Below are positions 1 through 9,139 of a DNA stretch of 64,000 nt, piece after piece. The notes beneath the pieces are model-generated. The model saw nothing but the letters and a program-made list of their open reading frames with translations. It did no database searches and was not told where the DNA came from. The DNA comes from Polyangiaceae bacterium (GTDB lineage Bacteria > Myxococcota_A > Polyangia > Polyangiales > Polyangiaceae): assembly GCA_050287085.1 (NCBI GenBank), contig JBNKBE010000005.1, positions 1 through 64,000 of the forward strand, in the 5' to 3' direction. Position numbers and translations under genes: made by a program. Each line of letters begins with the position of its first letter. Positions within the stretch are counted from its first letter, which is position 1.

Positions 1-75
1 GCGCACTGCGCTGGCCGCCCGTGACGGGTCGCTCGCCCTGCGGGCCTCGCGCACTGCGCTGACGGCTGCGCGCGG
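1..75. repeat. REP-like GC-rich palindromic cluster at the window edge
   Basis: GCGCACTGCGCTG occurs at 1-13 and 49-61 (GCGCA/TGCGC is self-complementary). Short palindromes CCCGTGACGGG and GCCCTGCGGGC lie between the copies. Probably truncated by the window start. Confidence 0.5.
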
Positions 76-78
76 GAG

Positions 79-543
79 TCAGTGGGTGAGTTCCTGAGCG
101 ATGCGCTGTACGACCGCGGCGAGCGCGCTTTCTACCTCAGCGGCAGGGACGGGCAGCACGCGGTAACCCGCCGCCGCCAAGCGGCTGGCACGCTGGGCGT
201 CTGCGCGGCGCCCCTCGTGCCAGGCGCCGTCGACCTCTACGATGAGATGCGCCTCCGACGCGTAGAAGTCCGCGATGTAGCCCTGAAGTACAACTTGCCG
301 CCGGAACGTGACGCCGAGCTGCTCGGCGCGCAGCGCCTGCCACAGCAGCCACTCCGTGGGCGTGGGCTCTTGACGTATGCCGCGGGCTCGCTGACGAAGA
401 AGGCCGCGCTGGTGTGAGCTTACTTGACCAGTATGGGGTTTCGAGTCCCCGCCACCTGAGCCTTCTCGGCTCGTCGCGGGCGGCGCAGGCGCCGTGACGC
501 GCCACAACTGCAGTGACGAACAAGCTACGGCGGGGCCGCTCAC
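79..543 (-). CDS. DUF559 (Vsr-like PD-(D/E)xK) endonuclease domain protein; true start uncertain
   Basis: RARGIRQEPTPTEWLLWQALR..FRRQ..YIADF..LIVEVDGAWH..GYRVL matches the DUF559 pattern. The first ~30 aa look like non-coding read-through. Confidence 0.8.
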   Translation of the reverse strand: MSGPAVACSSLQLWRVTAPAPPATSREGSGGGDSKPHTGQVSSHQRGLLRQRARGIRQEPTPTEWLLWQALRAEQLGVTFRRQVVLQGYIADFYASEAHLIVEVDGAWHEGRRADAQRASRLAAAGYRVLPVPAAEVESALAAVVQRIAQELTH

Positions 544-2464
544 CCCGCGGCTGCGGGCAAATCCCTTTGCTCCACCAGCCCAATACTCTGAACGCGGTGG
601 GGCTCTGGTGCAGCGAGTTTGGCCGTGCTATCAGCAATGTGTGGACGAAGACACACCGATGTGCGCTGTCTCTGTGAAGGGGGCGCGGGCGCGGCGGCGC
701 TGGGAGGTGTGCGCTCCCTCGGACGCGGCGCTGGCCCCGCGGGGTTGCCTCTTTGCGGCGAGATTGGCGCTGGGTCTTCGGTTGCTGGCAACCCTGCCTC
801 TTGCCTGCAGCGAGACCGCTCCCCACCTCGATCCCAGAGCTTCCCACGGTGACGCGGGCAGCGATGCTACGACGCCAACTTCGACCACTTTGCCGGATGC
901 CCCCCCAGCCCCCGAGTTGGATCCCGGCTTCAAAGCTATCCACCGCTTGAACTCGGCTGAATACAACGCGACCGTAGCCGACGTCCTAGGCACGGCGTTG
1001 CAGCCCGCATCGGCCAACTGGCGAGGGGGTGAGCTTGCGGGATTCAACAACATCGCATCCGTGTTGGGGATCGACGATGCCCAATACGATCGCTACTTCG
1101 GCGCGGCTCAAACGCTCGCCAAAGAGGTCTTTGCGTCCGATACCCTACGCGCGAGGTTCGTTTCCTGCGACATCACCCAGACAGATTGCCCGCGCCAGAG
1201 CATCCAGGCGATGGGGCTGCGAGTATTCCGACGCCCCCTGACCGAAACTGAGATTCTCACCTACGAACGCGTCCACAGAGAGGCAATCGCCCTGGGCGAC
1301 AGCGAAAGCCAAGCCTTGGAGCTAGTTCTCCGAGCGCTCTTGTCGAGCGCAGAGTTCTTATTCCGCATTGAATTCGATCCGGATCCGAGCTCCACAGTCC
1401 CCCATCTCCTGGATGCTTTCGAACTCGCGTCTCGGCTATCCTACTTCTTGTGGAGTAGCGCCCCCGATGAGGAACTGCTCTCGGAAGCAGCCAATGGCTC
1501 GCTGCTGCAACCACCGGTCCTATCAGCAACGGTCGATCGCATGCTGGACGATCCCAGGTCAGAGCGGCTACTCCAGAGTTTCGCGGGACAGTGGCTCGGG
1601 GCGCGACAGGTCGTCGCTCACCCGGTCGCGCTCGAGTTCTATCAGTGGTCGCCCGAGGTAGCCCGGGCCGCAGGGGACGAGATGCTCTCCTATTTCGAGG
1701 AATTCTTTCGGACCGAGCGTTCTTGGTTCGAATTCCCGACGGCTGATATCAACTTCGTCGACGGCTGGCTCTCACGACTGTACGGCATGCCCACCCCGCT
1801 TGGGAGTCACGAAAGAGTTGAGTTCACTGACGACGAACGGGCAGGCTTCTTCGGTCTCGCCGGGTTCTTGGCGCTGACTTCCTTTGATCGGCGCACCTCG
1901 CCCTCCTTGCGCGGACGCTGGATCGCTAGCAACTTGCTCTGTACGAAACTGTCTGCGCCCCCAGCGGCCGTGCCCGAGTTGGCGGAAGGACCAGAGCCTT
2001 CGGAGCTGAATGTCCGCGCCGCCCTAGAGCAGCATCGCCAGAACCCCGAGTGTGCTGCTTGCCATGTCCTCTTCGATGCCTACGGACTGGCGTTGGAGGA
2101 ATACGACCCGGTAGGCCAGCATCGCACCCACTATGCCGAGGGCGTTCCCATTGATGCCACGGGCATAGTGCCCGCCGCCAACGGCACTTCGAGTGAGCAG
2201 ACCATCGTAGGACTCGACGGGTTGGCCCACTCCGTGGCGAGCAATCCGCAATTTGGCCGCTGCTTGATGGAGAAGCTGTTCACCTACGGCCTTGGCCGCG
2301 TCGTCAGCGGCACCGACTTGCCCTACCTGGATCAGGTGCAAGCCAGTTGGACCGCGGCGGACAGCGTGCCTACCATTCGTCGTCTGATCCACGGCCTTAT
2401 CCTTTCTGAGCCCTTTCGCCTTCGAAGGGGAGAAGGCGTCGCGATGGTAGAGGAGTCCCTATGA
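494..2464 (+). CDS. DUF1587/1595/1592/1588/1585 (PSD-type) lipoprotein with one CxxCH haem-c motif; real start probably downstream of 494
   Basis: HRLNSAEYNATVADVLG, FLFRIE, FELASRLSYFLWSSAPD, RTSPSLRGRWI, CAACH, lipobox-like LPLAC. The stop overlaps the next start (ATGA). Confidence 0.9.
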   Translation: MTRHNCSDEQATAGPLTPRLRANPFAPPAQYSERGGALVQRVWPCYQQCVDEDTPMCAVSVKGARARRRWEVCAPSDAALAPRGCLFAARLALGLRLLATLPLACSETAPHLDPRASHGDAGSDATTPTSTTLPDAPPAPELDPGFKAIHRLNSAEYNATVADVLGTALQPASANWRGGELAGFNNIASVLGIDDAQYDRYFGAAQTLAKEVFASDTLRARFVSCDITQTDCPRQSIQAMGLRVFRRPLTETEILTYERVHREAIALGDSESQALELVLRALLSSAEFLFRIEFDPDPSSTVPHLLDAFELASRLSYFLWSSAPDEELLSEAANGSLLQPPVLSATVDRMLDDPRSERLLQSFAGQWLGARQVVAHPVALEFYQWSPEVARAAGDEMLSYFEEFFRTERSWFEFPTADINFVDGWLSRLYGMPTPLGSHERVEFTDDERAGFFGLAGFLALTSFDRRTSPSLRGRWIASNLLCTKLSAPPAAVPELAEGPEPSELNVRAALEQHRQNPECAACHVLFDAYGLALEEYDPVGQHRTHYAEGVPIDATGIVPAANGTSSEQTIVGLDGLAHSVASNPQFGRCLMEKLFTYGLGRVVSGTDLPYLDQVQASWTAADSVPTIRRLIHGLILSEPFRLRRGEGVAMVEESL

Positions 2465-3918
2465 GTCACGCCGTGAGTCGCAGAGCGCTGCTACGCGGCG
2501 CGGGTGTCACATTAACACTTCCGTGGCTGGAGTCCCTGCTGCCACGAAGCGCCAGGGCGCAATTGGGGACCCCACCGAAGCGCTTCCTGCCTGTCTTTCT
2601 GCCGAACGGTGCGTCGGATTGGTGGTGGCCCGCCGCCGCTGGCGCGAACAACGATTGGCAGCTAACACCGGTACTCGAACCGTTCGGAACAGCACTGAAA
2701 GCCAAGTTGAGTGTCGTTTCGGGCCTTGAAAACGGCTCCGTCTTCAGCACGGATGGCACGGGTTCGGTCGAACCTAGCCACGGGCGTTTGGCAGGAGCCT
2801 GGCTGACCTGCGTCGACGCCACGGCCGTCCGAGCGGAGCTCGAAAGCACGGAGGCCAACGGGATCTCGGTAGACCAAGTACTCGCGCAAGCCACACCCTT
2901 TCGAGAAAAGACCGCCATCTCGTCGCTGCAAGTCGGCCTGTCTACGCCGCTGAGCAACTGCGATGGCCAGCCCTGCTCCAGCAGTCGCAGCATCTCCTGG
3001 GCCAGCCCCACCCAGCCCCTCTACAAGCTGGTAGACCCGCTGGAGGTCTTCAACACGCTAGTCACTTTGGCTCAGCCGCAAGACCCCACGGGGAGCGCGG
3101 CGGTCGAAGCCAAGAAACGTCTGGCCCGCAATCAGAGCGTACTGGACGCCGTCTTGGAGAACGCCACACACACTCGAGGACGTCTTGGCTCGAGCGATAG
3201 GCGCCGGCTGGACGAATTTCTGGACTCTGTCCGCGCGGCAGAGCGACGAGTCACGAACGTGTCAACCAGCATGGGAGGGCTTGGTTGCTCCGGACTCGAC
3301 GCGCCGAGCTTGCACACAGAACAGTCCGCTGAGGCGCCGCGCCAGACCACGGTAGCCTATGACAAAGGGGCTCACGCCGATGCCATGAACGATTTGATTG
3401 CCCTGGCATTTCAATGCGACATCACGCGTGTCATTTCATACATGCTGGAGGATGAGCGTTCTGAGTTCACCTACGACCACGTCGAAGTTCGCGCTTTCAC
3501 CCAGGACGGGTCCACCAGCAAAGGCGGTCTGTGTCCAGAGTATCACGTCGCCCAACACAGCGCCGGGGACGACTTCGCCACCATCACCTGGTGGAATGTA
3601 GGCCGAGTTGCGGAGCTCTGCCGCAAGTTGGATGCCATTGAAGAAGCCCCCGGCGTGACCCTGCTGGACAACTCGGTGGTACTTTTCGGCGGCTGCATGC
3701 ACGGCGGCAATCACCTGGCCGTCGACTTGCCGCTCGCATTGATTGGGGGTGGCAATCTTGGCCTGCGTGGTGACCAACACCTGGTACTGAACAATCGCCC
3801 GCTACGAGATCTGTACGTCACCCTCATGAACCAGGTCTACGGGGCAGAGGTCGAGACCTTTGGACAGAACCTCTTCGGAGCCCCTCCGGCGCCGATCGAG
3901 GAGCTGCTTTCCGTTTGA
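2461..3918 (+). CDS. DUF1552 (HXXSHH) family protein with Tat-type leader
   Basis: SRRALLRGAGVTLTLPWLESL leader, SVDQ, SISW, SVLD, ALAFQCDITRV, YHVAQH, TLLDNS. Confidence 0.9.
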   Translation: MSHAVSRRALLRGAGVTLTLPWLESLLPRSARAQLGTPPKRFLPVFLPNGASDWWWPAAAGANNDWQLTPVLEPFGTALKAKLSVVSGLENGSVFSTDGTGSVEPSHGRLAGAWLTCVDATAVRAELESTEANGISVDQVLAQATPFREKTAISSLQVGLSTPLSNCDGQPCSSSRSISWASPTQPLYKLVDPLEVFNTLVTLAQPQDPTGSAAVEAKKRLARNQSVLDAVLENATHTRGRLGSSDRRRLDEFLDSVRAAERRVTNVSTSMGGLGCSGLDAPSLHTEQSAEAPRQTTVAYDKGAHADAMNDLIALAFQCDITRVISYMLEDERSEFTYDHVEVRAFTQDGSTSKGGLCPEYHVAQHSAGDDFATITWWNVGRVAELCRKLDAIEEAPGVTLLDNSVVLFGGCMHGGNHLAVDLPLALIGGGNLGLRGDQHLVLNNRPLRDLYVTLMNQVYGAEVETFGQNLFGAPPAPIEELLSV

Positions 3919-4046
3919 TGCGCGGCGTCATCACAGGACTCTAAGACCTCGTCGAGAGGCTTTGACGCACCTCGGTCCCGGCACGAGCCCCGGGGTTTGG
4001 CAGCATATGTCTTCTTTCTTCTCTGGGGCTGATAGAACAGTAGGCC

Positions 4047-5137
4047 TCAGTCGGCGTAGCAATCGTCGAACTGGGTGTCGAAGGGCAGAAACTCGGCGAC
4101 TAGCTCATAGAGTACTGGGTCGTACACAGCGAGCTCGTCACGCGTATCGATAGCGTTGTGGATACCGTCCGGAGGCTCCGCTTCGAGGTTCGTGTTGTAC
4201 CAATCCTGGACTCCCTCAGCCCAGTACTCTTGGTAGCTCTCCAGTGCGTAGGTATTTGCGTAAAGCCCAGCGGCGAGCGCATCTTGGTACGCTCGCTCCA
4301 AGCGGCCTCGAAACGTAGGGTCAACGCGGAACAACCCGTTGACGGACATCGTGTGAGCAAATTCGTGAACGCAGATCCCCTCGCCCCTCCAGCGGTCGAG
4401 CGTCCTGTTGCAGAGAATGTTTTCCTCTGCACAAGACGCGGCGGGAACGCCCCCCAAGCCGCGAGCGCGCTCATTGATCGAATCGGGCTGGTCCCGGTAT
4501 TCAGGTATGTCGTTGGTCTGCTCTTGTTCACCAATAACGGCAAATCGCGTATGGGTCTCGAGCAATGACGCCAACACATCAGGGCGCGCTGACACCATGT
4601 CGAGCACCAATTCGCAGGCGCGCTCTAGAGCAGCATCCGCCGGACCAGCAGAGGCAATTACGGGTAGACCTCGCGCCAACGCAAGGGGGGTACTGGGAGG
4701 CCCGCGTCGCCCTCACCCATCGGGTCGAGGCCCGCGGCCCCACCTTGAGCCCCTTCTGCGCCGGCCGAGGCGCCCGCGTTCGCGGCTCCCGCCGTGACCT
4801 CGTCCATCCCTTGCTCCCGACTCGGCCCTCCCCCAAGCGAAGCCCCCCCTTGCTCCGACGCGTCCGAAGCGCCAGCGGCGTTGTCGGGTGCTTGCGGTAC
4901 TCCCATGCCCGGCGAACCCGAAGCGCCCCCCGCTCCGCCCCAATCCGACGGCGAGCCGGCACTGGGAGTGATCCCGATGCCCTCAACCGAAGGCGCCCCG
5001 CCCCCGACCTCACCCCTCGCTGCGTCGTCGTTGGCGTCGCCACATCCAACGGATCCAAACGCCCCCACGCTGACTAAAAGATGGGCCGCCCGGAGCAGCA
5101 GGGCACTGCCAAACTCCGCGCCGCAAGGGGCGTCCAT
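4047..5137 (-). pseudogene. Secreted zinc metallopeptidase-like lipoprotein split over two frames (frameshift or deletion near 4680-4700)
   Basis: ORF 4658-5137 has a lipobox (SVGC) and a Gly/Ala/Pro linker. ORF 4047-4679 has the domain with RARGLGG, CAEENILC, HEFAH (HEXXH) and QEYWAEG. The frames differ and the junction is next to a G6 run. Confidence 0.65.
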
Positions 5138-5565
5138 GAAGCTCGCGATTTCTCCATGCAGAACAGAACGGGCCCAAGCCCAAGCGGACTCGCCCTCGAG
5201 AGGGCGCCCCTAGAACGAAGCACTGCGCGCGTGAAACGCTGCGTCAGGAACCGGCCGCTCGGAATATTTTAGCACCACATGCCCAATTTTGACTGTGCAC
5301 GTCGCCATTCTTGAACGGCCAACGCCTGCTCCGCTCGCGCGTCGGCGGCCGCTCGCGCCATGCGCTCTCCAGGCTAACACCCCGACCCGAAGAAACGTCA
5401 ACCAGGTTCGGTCGGAATGTGATGAAATGCTCGGCAGCGCGATGGGATAGATGCGACAACCCGCGCCTGCATCCAGTCCAACGCCGCGCCGCCCCCGATA
5501 CCATATAACTCGCTCCGGCGCTGCGAATGGGCCATGCTCGCGCCTCCGGACAGCAATCGATACTC

Positions 5566-6924
5566 ATGCGCTACCCTCTCCACCGCTGGTTCTTCGTCCT
5601 GGCGCTCGGGACCCTCCCCAACTGTCGAGGCGACTTCTCGGGCGATCTGCCGCGTGGCTACAGCAAGACGAGCCACAGCAACACAGCCGCGCCGGACTAC
5701 GAACGGCTCTTCGACACCGAACACGTCCATAGACTCGATCTCGTAGTGGCCCCGGAGGTGCTCGAGTCCATGCGAAGTGACCTCAATGTCGCCCTCTACA
5801 CCGGAGCGAAGCCGCTGACGGAAGCGGTGACCGTCGTCTATGACGACCGAGAGTGGGAACATGTCGGGATGCGCTTCAAAGGGCTAAAGAGCGCGAAGAA
5901 CGCCCTCGAAGATGGGCGAGAGAAGTTCTCATTCAAGCTTACGTTCGACGCCTATGAGGATGAGTTCGATGAAACCAAGAACCAGCGCTTCTACGGTTTC
6001 AAGAAGCTCAATTTCTCTGCCAACCCCAACGACAACTCGCAGCTACACGAAGTGCTGGCTTCGGAAGTCATGCGCCAAGGGGGCGTGCCGACAGCACGAG
6101 CGGCATTTTGGCAGGTATTTGTCGATTCAGGGCGCGGCGCGACGTACTGGGGCTTGTACACAATGGTGGAAGACCCCGACGACAGTCCACTCCAGGAGTC
6201 CCAGCTGAAGGAGCGCGGAGGTAATCTCTATCAGGCGGTTGCGCCTCTCGCCGACTGGAAGAGTTTCGATCCAGCTGCTTTCCAAAAGGAAAACCACAAG
6301 GAAGCGGATGACTTCTCCGATGTAGCCTCGGCGATTGCCACCCTCAACTCCAATGAAACAGGCCCCCAATGGCGCAGCGCCCTCGAGAGCTTGTTTGCGG
6401 TCGATGTATTCTTGGATTGGCTTGCGCTCAACACCGTCATGGTCAACGGTGATGCGTACGGCTGCAAGGCTGACAACTACTACCTATACGGCGTTCCGAG
6501 TGAAGGCGGACGGCTGCACTATATTCCTACCGACTTCAATGCTGCCTTCGTCGGGAATATGGCATCGTGCGGCTCGAAGAAGAGCACAGCGCGCAAAGAC
6601 ACTCCGGAAGACCTCTTCTACCCGACGCTCGGCATGGAGATGCCCCTCATATCCCGACTCCTTGCCGACGAGACCTATCGAAAGCGCTACCGAGAACACC
6701 TCGCAGGGGCTCGTCAGGTACTGGATGCCGAAGCGGTGCTCCACCGCGCGCGTGAACTACATGAACTCGTCGCTCCCTATGTGACCGGCGACCATGGGGA
6801 ATCAGAACGGTACACCAGCGTGAGTTCCCCGAGCGCCTTCGAGAACTCCGTCGAGGAGGCCCTTAAGCCACACATCAGGGCTCGAAACGAATTGGTCGAC
6901 GCCGCGCTCGACGAGGCGAAATGA
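5566..6924 (+). CDS. CotH-family atypical protein kinase, predicted lipoprotein
   Basis: GMRFKG..KFSFKLTFD, YWGLYTMVE, NGDAY..DNYYLY, IPTDFN. Leader MRYPLHRWFFVLALGTLPNC is lipoprotein-like. Confidence 0.88.
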   Translation: MRYPLHRWFFVLALGTLPNCRGDFSGDLPRGYSKTSHSNTAAPDYERLFDTEHVHRLDLVVAPEVLESMRSDLNVALYTGAKPLTEAVTVVYDDREWEHVGMRFKGLKSAKNALEDGREKFSFKLTFDAYEDEFDETKNQRFYGFKKLNFSANPNDNSQLHEVLASEVMRQGGVPTARAAFWQVFVDSGRGATYWGLYTMVEDPDDSPLQESQLKERGGNLYQAVAPLADWKSFDPAAFQKENHKEADDFSDVASAIATLNSNETGPQWRSALESLFAVDVFLDWLALNTVMVNGDAYGCKADNYYLYGVPSEGGRLHYIPTDFNAAFVGNMASCGSKKSTARKDTPEDLFYPTLGMEMPLISRLLADETYRKRYREHLAGARQVLDAEAVLHRARELHELVAPYVTGDHGESERYTSVSSPSAFENSVEEALKPHIRARNELVDAALDEAK

Positions 6925-7724
6925 ATGACTCAGCGGCGATATTCGCCCCAGTGACCTCAGCGGGACCATTTGCCCTTCCCAGCGTCGAACATCTCCCCGA
7001 GGCAACACCGCATCTGCTCGCCAAGCGAGCCTTGTTGGAACGGGTCGACCGCAAATTTGTCACGACCACCTCTCGTCTCGCGGAACTGCTGCTCGGACTT
7101 GGTACGGCTTATCCCATTTTGCTATCTGAAGGAAACACTTGGGCGCGCTACCAAACATGCTACCTCGACACCGAGCAGCTCTCGATGTTTCGCGAGCACC
7201 TGCGTGGTCGGCGTCCCCGCTACAAGATCAGGATGCGACGCCATGTGGACCGCCACCGCGCGTTCCTCGAGATAAAGAAGAAACGGGCCAACGAGCGCAC
7301 CGAGAAGTTCCGTACCGAGCGTCCCTATGAACAAGACGCACTAACGCACGAAGAACTTGCTTTCGTTGCACAACACACTCCATTCGATTCAGCTGCGCTC
7401 AGTCTCAGCGTTTGGACCAACTTTTACCGAGCCACCTTGCTCGGCGTTGAGAGCGAAGAGCGCCTTACGATCGACGTGGGGCTTCATTTCGAACGAAACG
7501 GACAAAGCGCACAGCTGCAACAGCTTGCTATTGTCGAGCTCAAGCAGCGACGCCAGAGCAACCTAACGACGGCAGCCAAGCTGCTTCATGCAATGCGCAT
7601 ACGAGAGCAGTCTATGAGCAAGTACTGCACCGGTGTTGCGCACGTGCACGAAGGCGCTCCAGAACGCTGCCGCCAACTACTCCTCAAGAAGCTATCGAGG
7701 TTGAACAAGTGGAAGACTATATAG
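6921..7724 (+). CDS. VTC (polyphosphate polymerase / triphosphate tunnel) domain protein
   Basis: RVDRKF, YLDT, RYKIRMR, FLEIKKK, TEKFR, ERLTID, IVELK, SKYCTG. ATGA overlap with the CotH gene. Confidence 0.88.
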   Translation: MNDSAAIFAPVTSAGPFALPSVEHLPEATPHLLAKRALLERVDRKFVTTTSRLAELLLGLGTAYPILLSEGNTWARYQTCYLDTEQLSMFREHLRGRRPRYKIRMRRHVDRHRAFLEIKKKRANERTEKFRTERPYEQDALTHEELAFVAQHTPFDSAALSLSVWTNFYRATLLGVESEERLTIDVGLHFERNGQSAQLQQLAIVELKQRRQSNLTTAAKLLHAMRIREQSMSKYCTGVAHVHEGAPERCRQLLLKKLSRLNKWKTI

Positions 7725-8386
7725 GATTCGAACTGCTCTTTGATCCGGTCGATGCGACTCGCTTGGTAGTTCGCCTTGCCATCGAGATGTTTTTCGCCGC
7801 GATCGTCATCCAAGGGGTCTACTGCCGACGCTACCAGAACTCCGAACACGCTCTTACGTTCTGGCTGTTCAGCACCGTCACGTTCAGCCTCGCCTTTCTA
7901 TTGCGGAAAGTGCCAATGGAACTGGGCTTCGCGCTCGGTCTGTTCGCCGTCTTCGGGATCTTGCGCTACAGGACCGAATCCATCGGCGTCAAGGACCTCA
8001 CTTATCTCTTCGTGATCATCGGCCTGGCGCTCATCAACGCCCTCGCCAACAAGAAGATTAGTCTGGTGGAGCTCATGATCGTCGACGTGGTCATCGTGCT
8101 CACCGTCGTATTGCTCGACGGAGCGCACAAGCAGACTCACGAAGGAAGCATGCGGGTCCTCATCGACCGCGTCGATCTGCTGACCCCAAGCCGTCGCCCA
8201 GAGCTGCTTGCGGAGCTTGAGCAACGGATGCAGATCACTCCCAGTCGCGTGGTGGTTCACGAAGTCGACCTACTGCGCGACACGGCCCGTCTCTCGGTCT
8301 ACTTCGCAGACCCTGGCACAGGAGGTCCACAGTCTTCAACGAGCCCCTCCAAACCACGGGAGACCTCCCTCCCCAGCGCATCATGA
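7709..8386 (+). CDS. DUF4956 multi-pass membrane protein
   Basis: GFALGLFAVFGILRYRTESIGVKDLTYLF signature and several hydrophobic helices. Overlaps the VTC gene end. Confidence 0.88.
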   Translation: MEDYIGFELLFDPVDATRLVVRLAIEMFFAAIVIQGVYCRRYQNSEHALTFWLFSTVTFSLAFLLRKVPMELGFALGLFAVFGILRYRTESIGVKDLTYLFVIIGLALINALANKKISLVELMIVDVVIVLTVVLLDGAHKQTHEGSMRVLIDRVDLLTPSRRPELLAELEQRMQITPSRVVVHEVDLLRDTARLSVYFADPGTGGPQSSTSPSKPRETSLPSAS

Positions 8387-9057
8387 ATCCCCTGAATAGA
8401 AGGCTACGGAGACTGGCTGCCTGTCTGCCAGTGCTCATGCTCATTGAGTCCCCCGCGCACGCGCAGTCGTTGGAACCACAAGACAATCTCCAAGTGAGAC
8501 TTGGTGCTTCCTTGCGGCAGCGTGTGACAAAGAAGTGGCAGCTATGGCTTAGCCCTGAGTTGCGCACCAAGGAACGCCAGCTCGACCGGTATTTGCTGGA
8601 CTTCGCCGTGGGCTACAAGGCCAGCAAATACCTCCACCTAAGAGCCTTGATGAGAGGGGACCTCAATCGAAGCAACGACGGTCTTGGGTACGGAGTTCGC
8701 CCCGGATTGGCGGCTACCGGGCGCCTGCCTTTGGACACCGTCGAAGTGGGTCTCAGATTGATGTACACGTTCGACACCGGATATCTTCGCGATGATGAAC
8801 AGCGACTCCGCTACCGGGCGACGCTGGAGTACGACGTGCCCGACGTCCCCTTGGACGTGGAAGGGGAAATCGAGGCCTTTCACCACCTGGTCAAGCAGGA
8901 GGTCTTCAAGATGCGGTATGGCCTGCAGTTAGGCTACAAGCTGGTCAACGCGAAGCAGGCCGACCACTTCGTGTATTGCGGGTACCGCCTGGATTACTAC
9001 TTGGATCAGCCCCGCAACGTCCATATTCCGGAAGTCGGCTACAAGCTTCATCTCTAA
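8383..9057 (+). CDS. Outer-membrane beta-barrel protein, DUF2490-like
   Basis: Signal peptide ending AHA-Q, alternating amphipathic strands, RLRYR and MRYGLQLGY motifs, C-terminal VGYKLHL. ATGA overlap with DUF4956. Confidence 0.7.
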   Translation: MNPLNRRLRRLAACLPVLMLIESPAHAQSLEPQDNLQVRLGASLRQRVTKKWQLWLSPELRTKERQLDRYLLDFAVGYKASKYLHLRALMRGDLNRSNDGLGYGVRPGLAATGRLPLDTVEVGLRLMYTFDTGYLRDDEQRLRYRATLEYDVPDVPLDVEGEIEAFHHLVKQEVFKMRYGLQLGYKLVNAKQADHFVYCGYRLDYYLDQPRNVHIPEVGYKLHL

Positions 9058-9139
9058 CGCCGACACCGCCGTTACAGGGTCATGCCGCGTGAGTGGCGAC
9101 GTTAAGCCGAATGTCGGTCAACCTTCCCATCCGGGGTTC

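Noticed and set aside
5380..5470. Pho box upstream of the CotH-VTC operon
   Set aside because: No convincing 11-bp-period direct repeat could be identified.
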